DNA from: an uncultured Candidatus Binatia bacterium
GTDB lineage: Bacteria; Desulfobacterota; Binatia; DP-6
Length of the DNA: 64,000 nt
Direction of reading: 5' to 3'
Assembly (NCBI GenBank): GCA_964618895.1
Contig: CAZUDO010000058.1
Coordinates: forward strand, 46,082-110,081
Shown here one piece after another: positions 1 to 10,182 of the stretch; position 1 is the stretch's first letter, and the number at the start of each line of letters is the position of its first letter. The position numbers were made by a program, and so were the translations under genes. The notes below the pieces were generated by a model. That model searched no databases. It worked only from the letters and a program-made list of their open reading frames with translations, and was not told the origin of the DNA.

Positions 1-1
1 T

Positions 2-112
2 GGGCTCGGCGACGGCGGTTTCGGGGGTGGCGGCTTCGGAGGCGGGGGGGGCGGATTCGACGGCTTTGGTGGCGGCAGCTTCGGGGGTGGCGGCGCCGGC
101 CGGAGCTGGTGA
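2..112 (+). CDS. 3' end of a glycine-rich protein (GGFGGGG repeats); the 5' end lies outside the window. A Gly-rich C-terminus next to lemA is typical of TPM-domain proteins
   Basis: Open frame from the window edge encoding GLGDGGFGGGGFGGGGGGFDGFGGGSFGGGGAGRSW, stop TGA at 110-112. It sits just upstream of lemA. Confidence 0.35.
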   Translation, partial: GLGDGGFGGGGFGGGGGGFDGFGGGSFGGGGAGRSW

Positions 113-121
113 GGAGGACCG

Positions 122-688
122 ATGCGGACGGTAACGAGGGTGATGGTGGTCGCGGCCCTGACGCTCGGGCTCGGCGGCTGCAGCTACAACCAGATGGTGT
201 CGCTCCGCGAGGCCGTGGATGCGTCGTGGGCACAGGTAGAGAACCAGCTGCAACGACGCAATGACCTCATCCCCAACCTGGTCGAGGTCACCCGCGGTTA
301 CGCCGCGCACGAGCGCACCATCTTCGAGGCGGTGGCCAACGCCCGGGGCCGGCTGCTGGCCGGGGGCTCGCGCGACGAGCGCATCGCCGCCGCCAGCGAG
401 CTCACGGGCGCGCTCGGCCGGCTGCTCGCCATCGCCGAGCGCTACCCCGATCTCAAGGCGAACGTCCAGTTCGCGAAGCTTTCCGACGAGCTCGCCGGCA
501 CCGAGAACCGGATCGCCGTCGAGCGCATGCGCTACAACGAGGCGGTCCGGACCTACAACACGTGCATCAAGGGCTTCCCGGCGGTGGTGTATGCGGGCAG
601 CTTCGGGTTCACCGAGCAGAAGTACTTCGAGGTGCCGGACGCGGCCAAGCAGGTTCCCAAGGTCGACTTCGGGACCGCGCAGCCGTAG
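122..688 (+). CDS. lemA: LemA family protein
   Basis: 188 aa. N-terminal lipoprotein-like signal (LGLGGCSY). The conserved LemA core (WAQVENQLQRRNDLIPNLVEVTRGYAAHE) is recognised from memory. GGAGG at 113-117 lies 4 nt before the ATG. Confidence 0.85.
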   Translation: MRTVTRVMVVAALTLGLGGCSYNQMVSLREAVDASWAQVENQLQRRNDLIPNLVEVTRGYAAHERTIFEAVANARGRLLAGGSRDERIAAASELTGALGRLLAIAERYPDLKANVQFAKLSDELAGTENRIAVERMRYNEAVRTYNTCIKGFPAVVYAGSFGFTEQKYFEVPDAAKQVPKVDFGTAQP

Positions 689-963
689 TCGCCCCGCCCG
701 CGACCATACGCAGCCCTGCATGACCGGATCCGTGGCGGTCAGGGCCGCCGCGCCAGCTCGCCCCGGGGCGGCGTTCGCACACCGTCATCCCGGTACCCCT
801 CCGTCATCGTTTTGTCAGCAGCCCGGATGGGTCAGCATGGCCCACGTGTCTCCAGCGGCCCGGAATCGGCGAGCACGCCTCGGCACACGTCTTGGAGAAA
901 GCCCCCACGGCCGACGGCATATCGCCAGGGTGCTGTTCAGGCCCGTGACCCGAGAGGTAGCTC

Positions 964-1140
964 GTGAGCGCACTGAGACGGCTGTTGGCTGACGAGAGCG
1001 CTCAAGGGCTGACGGAATACGCGATCACGGTCGGCTCGATCGCCTTGGCCGCCATCATCACGTTCATCGCGCTCAGCACGCAGCTGCGCGGCTATTTCAC
1101 GACCGTGAACGACGATTTCGCCCAGGTGCCCACGGGCTGA
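964..1140 (+). CDS. flp: Flp family type IVb pilin (58 aa). It is absent from the ORF track because it is under 60 aa
   Basis: GTG start after a GAGAGG Shine-Dalgarno. Encodes VSALRRLLADESAQGLTEYAITVGSIALAAIITFIALSTQLRGYFTTVNDDFAQVPTG. The G-x4-EY Flp motif is followed by a hydrophobic helix. Confidence 0.7.
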   Translation: MSALRRLLADESAQGLTEYAITVGSIALAAIITFIALSTQLRGYFTTVNDDFAQVPTG

Positions 1141-1147
1141 GGGCCGG

Positions 1148-2611
1148 CTACTTGAGCGACAGGAACGACAGGCGCGCCACCTCCATCGGCCCGGCGGGCA
1201 GCAGGCCGAGCAGGAGCGTGGCGACCGTCGCGACCAGGATGGTGGTGAGCAGGGCGGGCCGTGAGGCGGGACGATCGATCGTGCGCGTGCCGTCCACCAT
1301 GTACATCTGCACCACGACGCCGAGGTAGTAGTACACCGACACCAGGCTGTTGAGCACGCCGATCACCGCCAGGCCGACGTACCCCGCGTCGATCGCCGCA
1401 CTGAACAGGTAGACCTTGCCCGCGAACCCGGCCGTCGGCGGGATGCCGGCCAGGGACAGCATGGCGACCGTCATGGCCATACCGAGGAGCGGCTGGCGGA
1501 AGCCCACCCCGGCGAGGTCCGACAGCTCGTCGTTGGGCTCGTCCCGGCGCCCGAGCGCGAGCAGCACCCCGAACGCCCCCAGGTTCATGAAGGCGTACAC
1601 CGCCAGGTAGAAGAGCAGCGCCGCCCCGCCCTCCTTGCTGGCGGCCACCACGCCCACCAGTGCGTAGCCCGCGTGCGCGATGCTGGAGTACGCCAGCATG
1701 CGCTTCACGTTCCGCTGCGATACGGCGGTGACGTTGCCGACAGTCATGGTGAGGACGGCGAGGCCCCACAGGAGCCCGGTCCAGCGCGGAGCCACGGAGA
1801 CGAGCGCGTCCAGGAAGACCCGCCCGAGGGCCGCAAACGCCGCCGCCTTGACGCCGACCGCCATGAAGGCCGTCACCGACGTGGGGGCACCCTCGTACAC
1901 GTCCGGTGTCCAGGCATGGAACGGGACGAGCGCCACCTTGAAGCCGAGGCCGACCAGGACGAGCGCCATGCCGAGGAGCGTGAACGGCTCGAGCCCGTGC
2001 CGCACCAGGTGGGTGGCGATGACGGTCAAGCGGGTGCTGCCGGTTGCGCCGTAGAAGAAGGCGATACCGTAGAGCAGAAAGCCGGTCGCAAACGCGCCCA
2101 GCAGGAAGTACTTGAGCGCCGCCTCGGTCGAGCGCGCCTGGCGCCGCAGGAGACCCGCCAGCACGTACACCGCCACCGACATGATCTCGAGGGCCAGGAA
2201 GAGGACGATCAGGTCGTCGGCGGCCGCCAGCAGGATCATACCGCAGGTCGAGAGCAGCACCAGCGCGTAGTACTCGCCCGGCGGGATGGGCTGCTGGCGG
2301 AGATAGTCGACCGACATGAGGATGGTGAGCGCCGAGCCCGCGCACAGGAGCACGGCGAAGAAGAGCGCGTACCGGTCGGCCCGGACGGTGTCCTGGAATC
2401 CGCTCCCGGCCCCGCCGCCCGCCCAGAGCCAGACCGCCACCCCCGCCGCGGCCACCAAACCCGTGATGCCGACGACGGCCAGCACCTCACGATCCGGACC
2501 GCGCACCAGGGCGTCGACCATCATGACCAGGAACGCCGTCGTGGCGACGACGAGCGCCGGGAGCACCACCTCCCAGTGCCCTACGATGGCGGCGGGGTCG
2601 AGCGCCGTCAC
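1148..2611 (-). CDS. nuoN: NADH-quinone oxidoreductase subunit N
   Basis: Reading-frame match to NuoN (…FLLGAFATGFLLYGIAFFYGATG…, ~14 TM helices). GTG start at 2611 (VTALDPAAIV) overlaps the nuoM stop by 4 nt. The 947-aa ORF in the track is this gene plus an out-of-frame upstream extension. Confidence 0.85.
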   Translation of the reverse strand: MTALDPAAIVGHWEVVLPALVVATTAFLVMMVDALVRGPDREVLAVVGITGLVAAAGVAVWLWAGGGAGSGFQDTVRADRYALFFAVLLCAGSALTILMSVDYLRQQPIPPGEYYALVLLSTCGMILLAAADDLIVLFLALEIMSVAVYVLAGLLRRQARSTEAALKYFLLGAFATGFLLYGIAFFYGATGSTRLTVIATHLVRHGLEPFTLLGMALVLVGLGFKVALVPFHAWTPDVYEGAPTSVTAFMAVGVKAAAFAALGRVFLDALVSVAPRWTGLLWGLAVLTMTVGNVTAVSQRNVKRMLAYSSIAHAGYALVGVVAASKEGGAALLFYLAVYAFMNLGAFGVLLALGRRDEPNDELSDLAGVGFRQPLLGMAMTVAMLSLAGIPPTAGFAGKVYLFSAAIDAGYVGLAVIGVLNSLVSVYYYLGVVVQMYMVDGTRTIDRPASRPALLTTILVATVATLLLGLLPAGPMEVARLSFLSLK

Positions 2612-4122
2612 GGCCGCTCCGCGCGGGCCACTGCCGCCGCCCGGGGCGTGCCCGTCGTGCGCGCGATGATCTTGTCGACCGAGGGCTGCATGCGGACGAG
2701 GAACGGCGTGGGATAGAGGCCCATGACCACACACAGTGCCAGCACCGGCACGAGCACCGCGAGCTCCCGGCCGCTCAGATCCGCCAGCCGTGCGTTCTCT
2801 TCGTGCGTGACCGGCCCGAAGACCACACGTTGGTACATCCACAGGAGGTAGAGCGCGCCCAGCACGACCCCGGTGGTCGCGAAGGCGGTGAGCCAGGGCC
2901 AGCGGCCGAACGCCCCGCACAGGATCAGGAACTCGCCCACGAAGCCGTTCAAGCCGGGGAGCCCGCCCGAGGCCAGCATGGCCACCAGGAAGCACACCGC
3001 GAACACCGGCATGGCGTGCCACAGGCCGCCGAAGTCGGCGATCAGGCGTGTGTGCCGGCGTTCGTAGATCATGCCGACGAGCAGGAAGAGCGCGCCGGTG
3101 GACAGCCCGTGATTGACCATCTGGTAGACGCTGCCCGTCACCGCCATGGGCGTCAGGGCAAACAGGCCGAGGACGACGAAGCCCAGGTGCGACACCGACG
3201 AGTACGCAACCAGCTTCTTCAAGTCGGGCTGCACGGTAGCGACCAACGCACCGTACACGATGCCGATCACCGCCAGCACCGCGAACAGCGGCGCCGCCGC
3301 CTGCGCCGCCACCGGGAAGAGCGGCAACGCGAAGCGCAGGAAGCCGTACGTCCCCATCTTGAGGAGGACGCCGGCGAGGATCACGGAGCCCCCGGTGGGC
3401 GCCTCGGTGTGCGCGTCCGGCAGCCAGGTGTGCACCGGGAAGAGCGGGACCTTGATGGCGAAGGCGAGCGCGAAGGCCGCGAACAGCCAGCCCTGTTCGC
3501 GCGGCGTGAGCTGCAAAGCCAGCATGCGCTCGTAGGCGAACCCCATCCCACCCGTCTCGCCCTGCACGCGCCACGCGCAGTAGAGGATGGCGACCAGCAT
3601 GAGCAGGCTGCCCGCCATGGTGAACAGCATGAACTTGATCGCCGCGTAGACCCGGCGTTGCCCTCCCCAGACGCCGATCAGCAGCACCATGGGGATGAGC
3701 ATGACCTCCCAGAATACGTAGAACAGGAACATGTCGAGCGCGACCAGCGCTCCGATCATTCCTGTCTCCAGCACCAGGAAGAGGACGAAGAACTCCTTCA
3801 CCCGCCGGTGCACGTCGCCCCATGCCGCCAGGACGACGACCGGGGTGAGGAACGTCGTCAGGCAGACCAGGAAGAGACTCACCCCGTCGATCCCGAGGGT
3901 GTAGTGGATCCCCCACTGCGGCACCCATGCCACCTGCTCGACCAACTGGAAGTCCGCCTCGCCGGGTTCGAACCACGCCAACAGCACACACGAGAGCGCG
4001 AACGGCACGAGCGCGAACACGAACGCCGCCCGGCGGAGCGCCGCCACTGGCTCGCGCGGCAGGAGGGCCACCAGCACCGCCGCCACGAGGGGCGAGAAGA
4101 CGAGCAACGACAGGAGCGGCAT
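2608..4122 (-). CDS. nuoM: NADH-quinone oxidoreductase subunit M
   Basis: 504 aa antiporter-like subunit (…HTWLPDAHTEAPTGGSVILAGVLLK…). Confidence 0.9.
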   Translation of the reverse strand: MPLLSLLVFSPLVAAVLVALLPREPVAALRRAAFVFALVPFALSCVLLAWFEPGEADFQLVEQVAWVPQWGIHYTLGIDGVSLFLVCLTTFLTPVVVLAAWGDVHRRVKEFFVLFLVLETGMIGALVALDMFLFYVFWEVMLIPMVLLIGVWGGQRRVYAAIKFMLFTMAGSLLMLVAILYCAWRVQGETGGMGFAYERMLALQLTPREQGWLFAAFALAFAIKVPLFPVHTWLPDAHTEAPTGGSVILAGVLLKMGTYGFLRFALPLFPVAAQAAAPLFAVLAVIGIVYGALVATVQPDLKKLVAYSSVSHLGFVVLGLFALTPMAVTGSVYQMVNHGLSTGALFLLVGMIYERRHTRLIADFGGLWHAMPVFAVCFLVAMLASGGLPGLNGFVGEFLILCGAFGRWPWLTAFATTGVVLGALYLLWMYQRVVFGPVTHEENARLADLSGRELAVLVPVLALCVVMGLYPTPFLVRMQPSVDKIIARTTGTPRAAAVARAERP

Positions 4123-4123
4123 G

Positions 4124-6019
4124 TCAGTGGCTCGCGTAGTACCCGAGCAGCACCAGCACCCCGAGCAGGAAGGACAGGGCGTAGTGCTGGACGTTGCCGG
4201 TCTGCATCTGGCGCCAGAGCGCGCTGGTGGCGCCGACGAGCGTGGCGGCGCCGTTCACCGCGCCATCGATGACGCGCGGATCGACGACCCGCGCCCCAAC
4301 CCCGGCCAAGGCGAAGAGCGGCCGGACGACGAGCGCGTCGTACAGCTCGTCGACGCGGAACTTGTCGCGCACGAGCGCGTACAGCCCGCCCAGCCGGCGC
4401 GCCACCGTATCCGGCAGCGCGGGGCGCACGACGTAGCTCAGGTACGCGAGCCCGAGCCCGCCGACGGCCAACGCCGTCGCGAGCAGCTTGAACTGGAGGG
4501 GCGCCTCGGGCTCATGAACGTGCCCGATCACCGGCGCGAGCACCGCGGGCACGTTCATGGCGCCACCCACCGCCGCCAGGACCGCGAGCACGATCAGCGG
4601 CATCGTCATCACGGCGGGCGATTCATGCAGGTGGTGCTGGACCTCATGCGAGGCCCGGCACTGTCCGAAGAACGCCAGACAGAAGAGACGCCCGGTGTAG
4701 AAGGCGGTGAGGAACGCCACCACGAGTCCGACGACCGCGAGTCCGGGGCGAGCGTGCGCGCCCGCCAGCGCGCTCCACAAAATCTCGTCCTTGCTGAAGA
4801 ACCCGGAGAGCGGCCATACCCCGGCGATCGCCAGCGTGCCGACCGCCATGGTGGCACACGTGACCGGCATGCGCGTGCGCAGTCCCCCCATGCGGCCCAG
4901 GTCCTGTTCGCCCCCCAGGCCGTGGATCACACTGCCGGCGCCGAGGAAGAGCAGCGCCTTGAAGAAGGCGTGCGTCACCAGGTGGAAGACCGCAGCGCCG
5001 GGTGCCCCGACGCCGAGGCCGAGAAACATGTACCCCAGCTGGCTCACGGTGGAGTACGCGAGCACCTTCTTGATGTCGGCCTGGGCGGTGGCGATCACGC
5101 CCGCCAGGAGCGCCGTCGCCGCCCCAATACCGGCCACCACCGCGAGGGCCTCGGGCGCGAGCGCGTACACGGCATGCAGCCGCGCGATCATGTACACGCC
5201 GGCCGTCACCATGGTGGCGGCGTGGATCAGCGCCGACACGGGAGTGGGACCGGCCATCGCATCCGGCAGCCAGACGTAGAGCGGAATCTGGGCCGACTTA
5301 CCCGTGGCCCCGACGAAGAGGAGCAGCCCCACCACGACCGGCACCGGCCAGCCCCCGACGGTGGCGTCGCGCAGCAGGTCCAGGTGCTGCGTGATGGCCG
5401 ACACCTCGAGGGTCCACACGCCTTGGCGGCCGAGCGTCCACACCAGCAGGAAGAGGCCGAGCAGGAAAAAAGCGTCGCCAATGCGGTTCACCAGGAAGGC
5501 CTTCTTGCCGGCGATCGCGTTCTCTTCCTTCTCGTACCAGAACCCGATGAGCAGGTAGGAGCACAGCCCCACGCCCTCCCAGCCGACGAACAGGAGAAGC
5601 AGCGTGTCGGCCAGTACCAGAATCAACATCGCGGTGGTGAACAGGTTCAGATAGGCGAAGAAGCGCGCGAAGCTCGCGTCGCCGTGCATGTACCCGACCG
5701 AATACACGTGGATCAGGAAGCCGACCCCGGTCACCACCAGCGCCATGGTGGCGGACAAGCGGTCGAGCAGGAGCGCCGCGTCGACCCGCAGCGGCCCGGC
5801 CACGAGCCAGGTGTAGAGGGGATCGCGCAGCACCGCATGCTCGCCGGCGGCGTAGAGCTGGAGCGTGGCCGTGAGCGAGACCACGAAGGCCCCGCCCACC
5901 AGTCCCGGGCCGACGATCTTCACGGCGCCGGGCAGGCGCCGGCCGCCGGCGACGTGGAACACCACGCCGAGGGCCGGGAGCAGGATGATCCAGCGCAGGA
6001 GCGCGGTCTCGATCACCAT
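4124..6019 (-). CDS. nuoL: NADH-quinone oxidoreductase subunit L
   Basis: 631 aa (…[30 protein letters not shown]…). Confidence 0.9.
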   Translation of the reverse strand: MVIETALLRWIILLPALGVVFHVAGGRRLPGAVKIVGPGLVGGAFVVSLTATLQLYAAGEHAVLRDPLYTWLVAGPLRVDAALLLDRLSATMALVVTGVGFLIHVYSVGYMHGDASFARFFAYLNLFTTAMLILVLADTLLLLFVGWEGVGLCSYLLIGFWYEKEENAIAGKKAFLVNRIGDAFFLLGLFLLVWTLGRQGVWTLEVSAITQHLDLLRDATVGGWPVPVVVGLLLFVGATGKSAQIPLYVWLPDAMAGPTPVSALIHAATMVTAGVYMIARLHAVYALAPEALAVVAGIGAATALLAGVIATAQADIKKVLAYSTVSQLGYMFLGLGVGAPGAAVFHLVTHAFFKALLFLGAGSVIHGLGGEQDLGRMGGLRTRMPVTCATMAVGTLAIAGVWPLSGFFSKDEILWSALAGAHARPGLAVVGLVVAFLTAFYTGRLFCLAFFGQCRASHEVQHHLHESPAVMTMPLIVLAVLAAVGGAMNVPAVLAPVIGHVHEPEAPLQFKLLATALAVGGLGLAYLSYVVRPALPDTVARRLGGLYALVRDKFRVDELYDALVVRPLFALAGVGARVVDPRVIDGAVNGAATLVGATSALWRQMQTGNVQHYALSFLLGVLVLLGYYASH

Positions 6020-6321
6020 CGCAGGCTCGTCAGCTCGTCGGCGTTGACGGTCTCGCGGTTGCGGAACACCGCCAGGATGATGGCGAGCCCGACCGCCGCT
6101 TCCGCCGCCGCCACCGCCATCACGAAGAACACGATCACCTGCCCATCGATCGAGCCGAGGCTCCGCGCCAGGGCAACGAAGCTCAGGTTGACGGCGTTCA
6201 GCATGAGCTCGATCGCCATGAACATGACGATCACGTTGCGCCGCACCAGGACGCCGAGCACGCCGATCGCAAACAGCACGGCACTGAGGCCGAGATACCA
6301 GCCGAGCGGTGCGGGCTCCAC
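6013..6321 (-). CDS. nuoK: NADH-quinone oxidoreductase subunit K
   Basis: ~102 aa from the GTG at 6321 ([23 protein letters not shown]…). The longer ORF-track call carries an out-of-family N-terminal extension. Confidence 0.8.
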   Translation of the reverse strand: MEPAPLGWYLGLSAVLFAIGVLGVLVRRNVIVMFMAIELMLNAVNLSFVALARSLGSIDGQVIVFFVMAVAAAEAAVGLAIILAVFRNRETVNADELTSLRW

Positions 6322-6322
6322 G

Positions 6323-6814
6323 TCAGCTCTTCCGTTGCGCCATGGCGATCGCACCCACGATCGCCACCAGCAGGAGGACGGACGTGAGCTCGAACGGCAG
6401 GAGGTAGGTGGTGAACAACTGTCCCGCAAGGGCCGGCGTCTCGCCGAAGCCGGCAGGAACGTCCGGGGCCGCCCCGACCGCCGCGCGGCGCAGGCTGGCC
6501 ACGACGAGCCCGGTCAGCGCCACAGCCCCGGCCACCGCCGGAAGAAGGATCGCCCGCCGCTGCAGCGCGCGCACCTCGGCTTGCAGATTGAGCAGCATGA
6601 TCACGAACAGGAAGAGCACGACGATGGCGCCGGCGTACACGATGATCTGCAGGGCCGCGACCAGTTGCGCGTCCAGGCCGATGAAGAAGACCGACAGCAG
6701 AAACAGGGTGGCGACCAGCGCGCAGCCGCCGTGCACGGGATTCGGATGGATCACCACCGTGAGCGCCGCCGCCACGGTCAGCACGGCGAGCACGAGGAAG
6801 AGCAGGCTGCTCAC
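6323..6814 (-). CDS. nuoJ: NADH-quinone oxidoreductase subunit J
   Basis: ~163 aa from the GTG at 6814 ([18 protein letters not shown]…). The start overlaps the nuoH stop by 4 nt, which leaves no room for nuoI. Confidence 0.8.
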   Translation of the reverse strand: MSSLLFLVLAVLTVAAALTVVIHPNPVHGGCALVATLFLLSVFFIGLDAQLVAALQIIVYAGAIVVLFLFVIMLLNLQAEVRALQRRAILLPAVAGAVALTGLVVASLRRAAVGAAPDVPAGFGETPALAGQLFTTYLLPFELTSVLLLVAIVGAIAMAQRKS

Positions 6815-7911
6815 GACGTTTGCCTCGCCGCCCACAGCAGCACGGCCGCCGACGCCACCACGTTGGCGAGCGACAGCGGCAACAGCCCCTGCCAGCCGAG
6901 CCGCATCAGCTGATCGTAGCGAAAGCGCGGCAACGTCCAGCGCACCACGATCTGGAAGAACGTGAACACCACGAGCTTCACGGCGAACGCCGTCACCTGC
7001 AGGAGCGCGACCCCCCACGACGGCAGGAGGAGCGTGGCACCCCCGGGCAGGTGGAAGCCGTCGCGCAGGAGGTACGGCACCTGCCAGCCGCCGAAGAAGA
7101 GCGTGGTGAGGAGCGCCGACACCAGAACGACTTCGACGAAGTCGCTCATCATGAACATGAGGTGCTTCGGTCCGGAGTACTCGGTGAAGTACCCGCTCAC
7201 CAGTTCGGACTCGCTCTCCGGCAGGTCGAAGGGGATGCGCTTCGACTCGGCGATGCCTGCGACCAGGAAGATGAGGCACCCGATCGGCTGGTAGAGCACC
7301 CCCCACGCCGGCAGCCACCCCCACACCAGGTGCCCTTGCTGGCGGGCCATCTCCTGCAGGTCGAGCGTGTTGTACGTCATCACGATGCCGATCAGCGCCA
7401 GGCCCATGGCGATCTCGTACGAGATCATCTGGGCCGAGCCGCGGATGCCTCCGAGCAGCGACCAGCGGTTGTTGGACGCCCAGCCGCCGAGCACGACCCC
7501 GTACACGCCGAGCGACGCCATGGCGAGCACGTAGAGGAGGCCGACGTTCAGGTTGGCCGCCTGCAGGTTGATCACCCGCCCACCGATCTCGAGCACGTCG
7601 CCGAACGGCACCACGACGAAGGTGACCAGCACGGGCGCGACACTGAGGCACGGCGCCAGGAAGTGCAGCAGCCGGTCGCTGCCCTTCGGGACCAGGTCTT
7701 CCTTGAGCAGGAATTTGATCGGATCCGCCACCAGGGTGTTGATGATTCCGAGCCCGGCGAACCCGAAGATCGACGCGCGGTTGGCCCCGATGCGATCCTG
7801 GATGAGGGCGCTCACCTTGCGCTCGAAGAACACGCCCATCGCCATGACCTGCAGAATGAGCAGGACGACGAACACCGCCTTGGCGGCCGCGATGGCGAGT
7901 TCCACGCTCAC
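6811..7911 (-). CDS. nuoH: NADH-quinone oxidoreductase subunit H
   Basis: NuoH/ND1 family (…GWASNNRWSLLGGIRGSAQMISYEIAMGL…). GTG start at 7911, directly after the nuoE stop (TAG at 7913-7915). Confidence 0.8.
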   Translation of the reverse strand: MSVELAIAAAKAVFVVLLILQVMAMGVFFERKVSALIQDRIGANRASIFGFAGLGIINTLVADPIKFLLKEDLVPKGSDRLLHFLAPCLSVAPVLVTFVVVPFGDVLEIGGRVINLQAANLNVGLLYVLAMASLGVYGVVLGGWASNNRWSLLGGIRGSAQMISYEIAMGLALIGIVMTYNTLDLQEMARQQGHLVWGWLPAWGVLYQPIGCLIFLVAGIAESKRIPFDLPESESELVSGYFTEYSGPKHLMFMMSDFVEVVLVSALLTTLFFGGWQVPYLLRDGFHLPGGATLLLPSWGVALLQVTAFAVKLVVFTFFQIVVRWTLPRFRYDQLMRLGWQGLLPLSLANVVASAAVLLWAARQTS

Positions 7912-7912
7912 C

Positions 7913-8416
7913 CTACTCGCCCGCCAGCCGCTCGACCAGGGCGAGCGCGCGCGCCACGTCGAGGTTCTCGTGATAGGTGGCGTTGTTGACCTGCAACGCC
8001 GGCGCCGTGCCGCACGAGGCCAGGCACTCGACCTCCTCGAGCGAGAAGCGGCCGTCGGCCGTGCGCTCGCCGTCACGGATACCGAGGCGTCCTTCGAGCG
8101 CCCGCTGGATGGCGCTGGCGCCGCGCAACGCGCACGACAGGTTGCGGCACACCTGGATGTGCCAGCGCCCCTTCGGGACCTTCCAGTACATGGTGTAGAA
8201 CGACGCCACCGAGGTGACCCAGGCGAGCGGCAGCTCCATGAGCTCGGCGACGTACTCGAGGACCTCGGGCGACAGCCAGCCGAACTCGCGCTGCGCCAGC
8301 CAGAGGGTGGGCATGAGCGCCGCCCGGCGCTCCGGATACCGCGCCAGCACGGCGCCGTACTCGGTCAGCACGGCCGGCGAGAAACGCGGCGGCGCGGGCG
8401 CGGCGCTAGCGGTCAC
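7913..8416 (-). CDS. nuoE: NADH-quinone oxidoreductase subunit E (24 kDa, 2Fe-2S)
   Basis: 167 aa. Thioredoxin-like ferredoxin with cysteine motifs C-x4-C (VCRNLSC) and C-x3-C (ECLASCGTAP). It is present although nuoF and nuoG are absent from the locus. Confidence 0.8.
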   Translation of the reverse strand: MTASAAPAPPRFSPAVLTEYGAVLARYPERRAALMPTLWLAQREFGWLSPEVLEYVAELMELPLAWVTSVASFYTMYWKVPKGRWHIQVCRNLSCALRGASAIQRALEGRLGIRDGERTADGRFSLEEVECLASCGTAPALQVNNATYHENLDVARALALVERLAGE

Positions 8417-9626
8417 ACTCGCCCCCGATCATGTTGATCTGGCCGAAGGTGGTGATGATGTCGGCCACCATGGCCCCGCGCAGCATGGTGCCAAGAGCGG
8501 CCATGCCGTAGAAGCACGGCGGCCGCACGCGAACCCGGTACGGTCGCCCGCTGCCGTCGCTCACCAGGTAGAAGCCGAGCTCGCCGTTGGCGCCCTCGGT
8601 GGCGACGTACACCTCGCCGGGCGGGATCTTCTGGCCCTCGATGACCAGCTTGAAGTGGTTCATGAGCCCTTCGATCGAGCCGTAGACCTCCTGCTTGGGC
8701 GGCAAATGGAAGCGCGGGTCGGTGATGGTGATCGGCCCGTCCGGGAGCTGCGCCAGCGCCTGCTCGACCAGCCGCATGCTCTGCGTCAGCTCCTCGAAGC
8801 GCACCTGGAAGCGATCGTAGTTGTCGCCGCGGGTGCCGGTCGGGACGGTGAAGTCCATGCGGTCGTAGACCAGGTACGGGGCGGCCTTACGCACGTCGTA
8901 GGCCACCCCGCTCGCGCGCAGGAGCGGCCCGGTCAGCCCCCACGCGATCGCGTCGGCCGGGGTGATCGTCCCCACGCCCGCCATGCGGTCGACGAAGATG
9001 CGGTTCCGGGACACGAGCCGGTCGCAATCGATCAGCACGCGGCGGACGTTGCGGAAGGCGACCCGCACGCGCTCGCCGATGTCCGCCGGCAGGTCCCGCA
9101 TCACCCCGCCGAGCCGGCAGTAGGTGACGGTGAGACGCGCGCCGGTGATGAGCTCGACCAGATCGTAGAGGAACTCGCGCGCCTCGAGCATGTAGAAGCC
9201 GACCGACACCGCCCCGAGCTCGCTCGCCGCCATGCCGAGGCAGGTGAGGTGATCGGTGACACGCGACAGCTCGCCGACGATCAGCCGGATGTACTGGCAG
9301 CGTTCGGGGACGGTCACCCCGGCAAGCTTCTCGACGGCCAGCGCGAAGCCGACGTTGTTCAGTAGCGGCGAGGCGTAGTTCAGGCGGTCAGCGTACGGGA
9401 AGACGTGATTCCACGTCCCCTGCTCGCACATCTTCTCGAAGCCGCGGTGGAGGTAGCCGATCTCGACGTCCACGTCGACGATGGTCTCGCCGTCGAGACG
9501 CAGGTTGAACTTGACCGTCCCGTGCGACGCCGGATGGGACGGCCCCATCTGGATCTCCATGATCTCGTCATCGAGATTGGTCTCGCCGAAGCGGGCGGGC
9601 ATGACCGAACCGGGCGTGCGCGGCAT
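8406..9626 (-). CDS. nuoD: NADH-quinone oxidoreductase subunit D (49 kDa)
   Basis: 406 aa (…MEIQMGPSHPASHGTVKFNLRLDGETIVD…). Confidence 0.9.
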   Translation of the reverse strand: MPRTPGSVMPARFGETNLDDEIMEIQMGPSHPASHGTVKFNLRLDGETIVDVDVEIGYLHRGFEKMCEQGTWNHVFPYADRLNYASPLLNNVGFALAVEKLAGVTVPERCQYIRLIVGELSRVTDHLTCLGMAASELGAVSVGFYMLEAREFLYDLVELITGARLTVTYCRLGGVMRDLPADIGERVRVAFRNVRRVLIDCDRLVSRNRIFVDRMAGVGTITPADAIAWGLTGPLLRASGVAYDVRKAAPYLVYDRMDFTVPTGTRGDNYDRFQVRFEELTQSMRLVEQALAQLPDGPITITDPRFHLPPKQEVYGSIEGLMNHFKLVIEGQKIPPGEVYVATEGANGELGFYLVSDGSGRPYRVRVRPPCFYGMAALGTMLRGAMVADIITTFGQINMIGGECDR

Positions 9627-9629
9627 GGC

Positions 9630-10154
9630 TCAGGTGTCCTCGCGCTGGGGATACCAGGGACGGGTGAGCGGATCGCGCTCCGGCACGAGGGGCTGGCGCT
9701 GGCGCACGGGGTAGTCCTTGCGGAGCGGGTGGCCGACGAACTCGGGGTACATGAGGATGCGTCGCAGGTCGGGATGGCCCGCGAAGCGCACGCCGTACAT
9801 GTCCCACACCTCGCGTTCGGCCCACAACGCGGCCTTCCAGACGCCGCTCGCGGTCGGCACCACGGGATCGTCGTCGGTGACCGGGACCTTGACCCGCAGC
9901 GCGTGGCCATGGGTGAGCGAGTGGAGCTGGTAGACGACCTCGAACCGCGGCGTGCGCCCCAGGTAGTCGACCGCCGTCAGATCGACCAGGCGGTCGAAGC
10001 GCGTCTCGGGATCGTCGCGCAGCGCCGCCAGTGCCTGCGGCAGGAGCGCTGACTCGAGTACGACGACCGCCTCCCCCCGCGTCAGCTCGCGCGAGTACAC
10101 CTTCGCGCCCGGCACGAGCGCCAGCACGTGGTCGAGCAGCACGTCGGGGGTCAT
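9630..10154 (-). CDS. nuoC: NADH-quinone oxidoreductase subunit C (30 kDa)
   Basis: 174 aa (…ALWAEREVWDMYGVRFAGHPDLRRIL…). It is a separate gene, not a nuoCD fusion. Confidence 0.85.
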   Translation of the reverse strand: MTPDVLLDHVLALVPGAKVYSRELTRGEAVVVLESALLPQALAALRDDPETRFDRLVDLTAVDYLGRTPRFEVVYQLHSLTHGHALRVKVPVTDDDPVVPTASGVWKAALWAEREVWDMYGVRFAGHPDLRRILMYPEFVGHPLRKDYPVRQRQPLVPERDPLTRPWYPQREDT

Positions 10155-10182
10155 CGGGGACGCCTCGCGCCGCGTGTGGCCG

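Noticed and set aside
261-992. 243-aa ORF overlapping lemA in another frame
   Set aside because: Pro/Arg/Ser-rich low-complexity translation typical of an off-frame reading of high-GC coding DNA. lemA in frame +2 has clear family signatures.
1148-3991. 947-aa minus-strand ORF
   Set aside because: It is not one gene. nuoN starts at the GTG at 2611, and the upstream part is an out-of-frame read through nuoM.
1673-4272. Long plus-strand ORFs (347 aa, 489 aa and others) antisense to nuoN and nuoM
   Set aside because: They are Arg/Glu/His-rich with no TM helices or domain features. They look like high-GC antisense artefacts, and the nuo frames on the minus strand are unambiguous.
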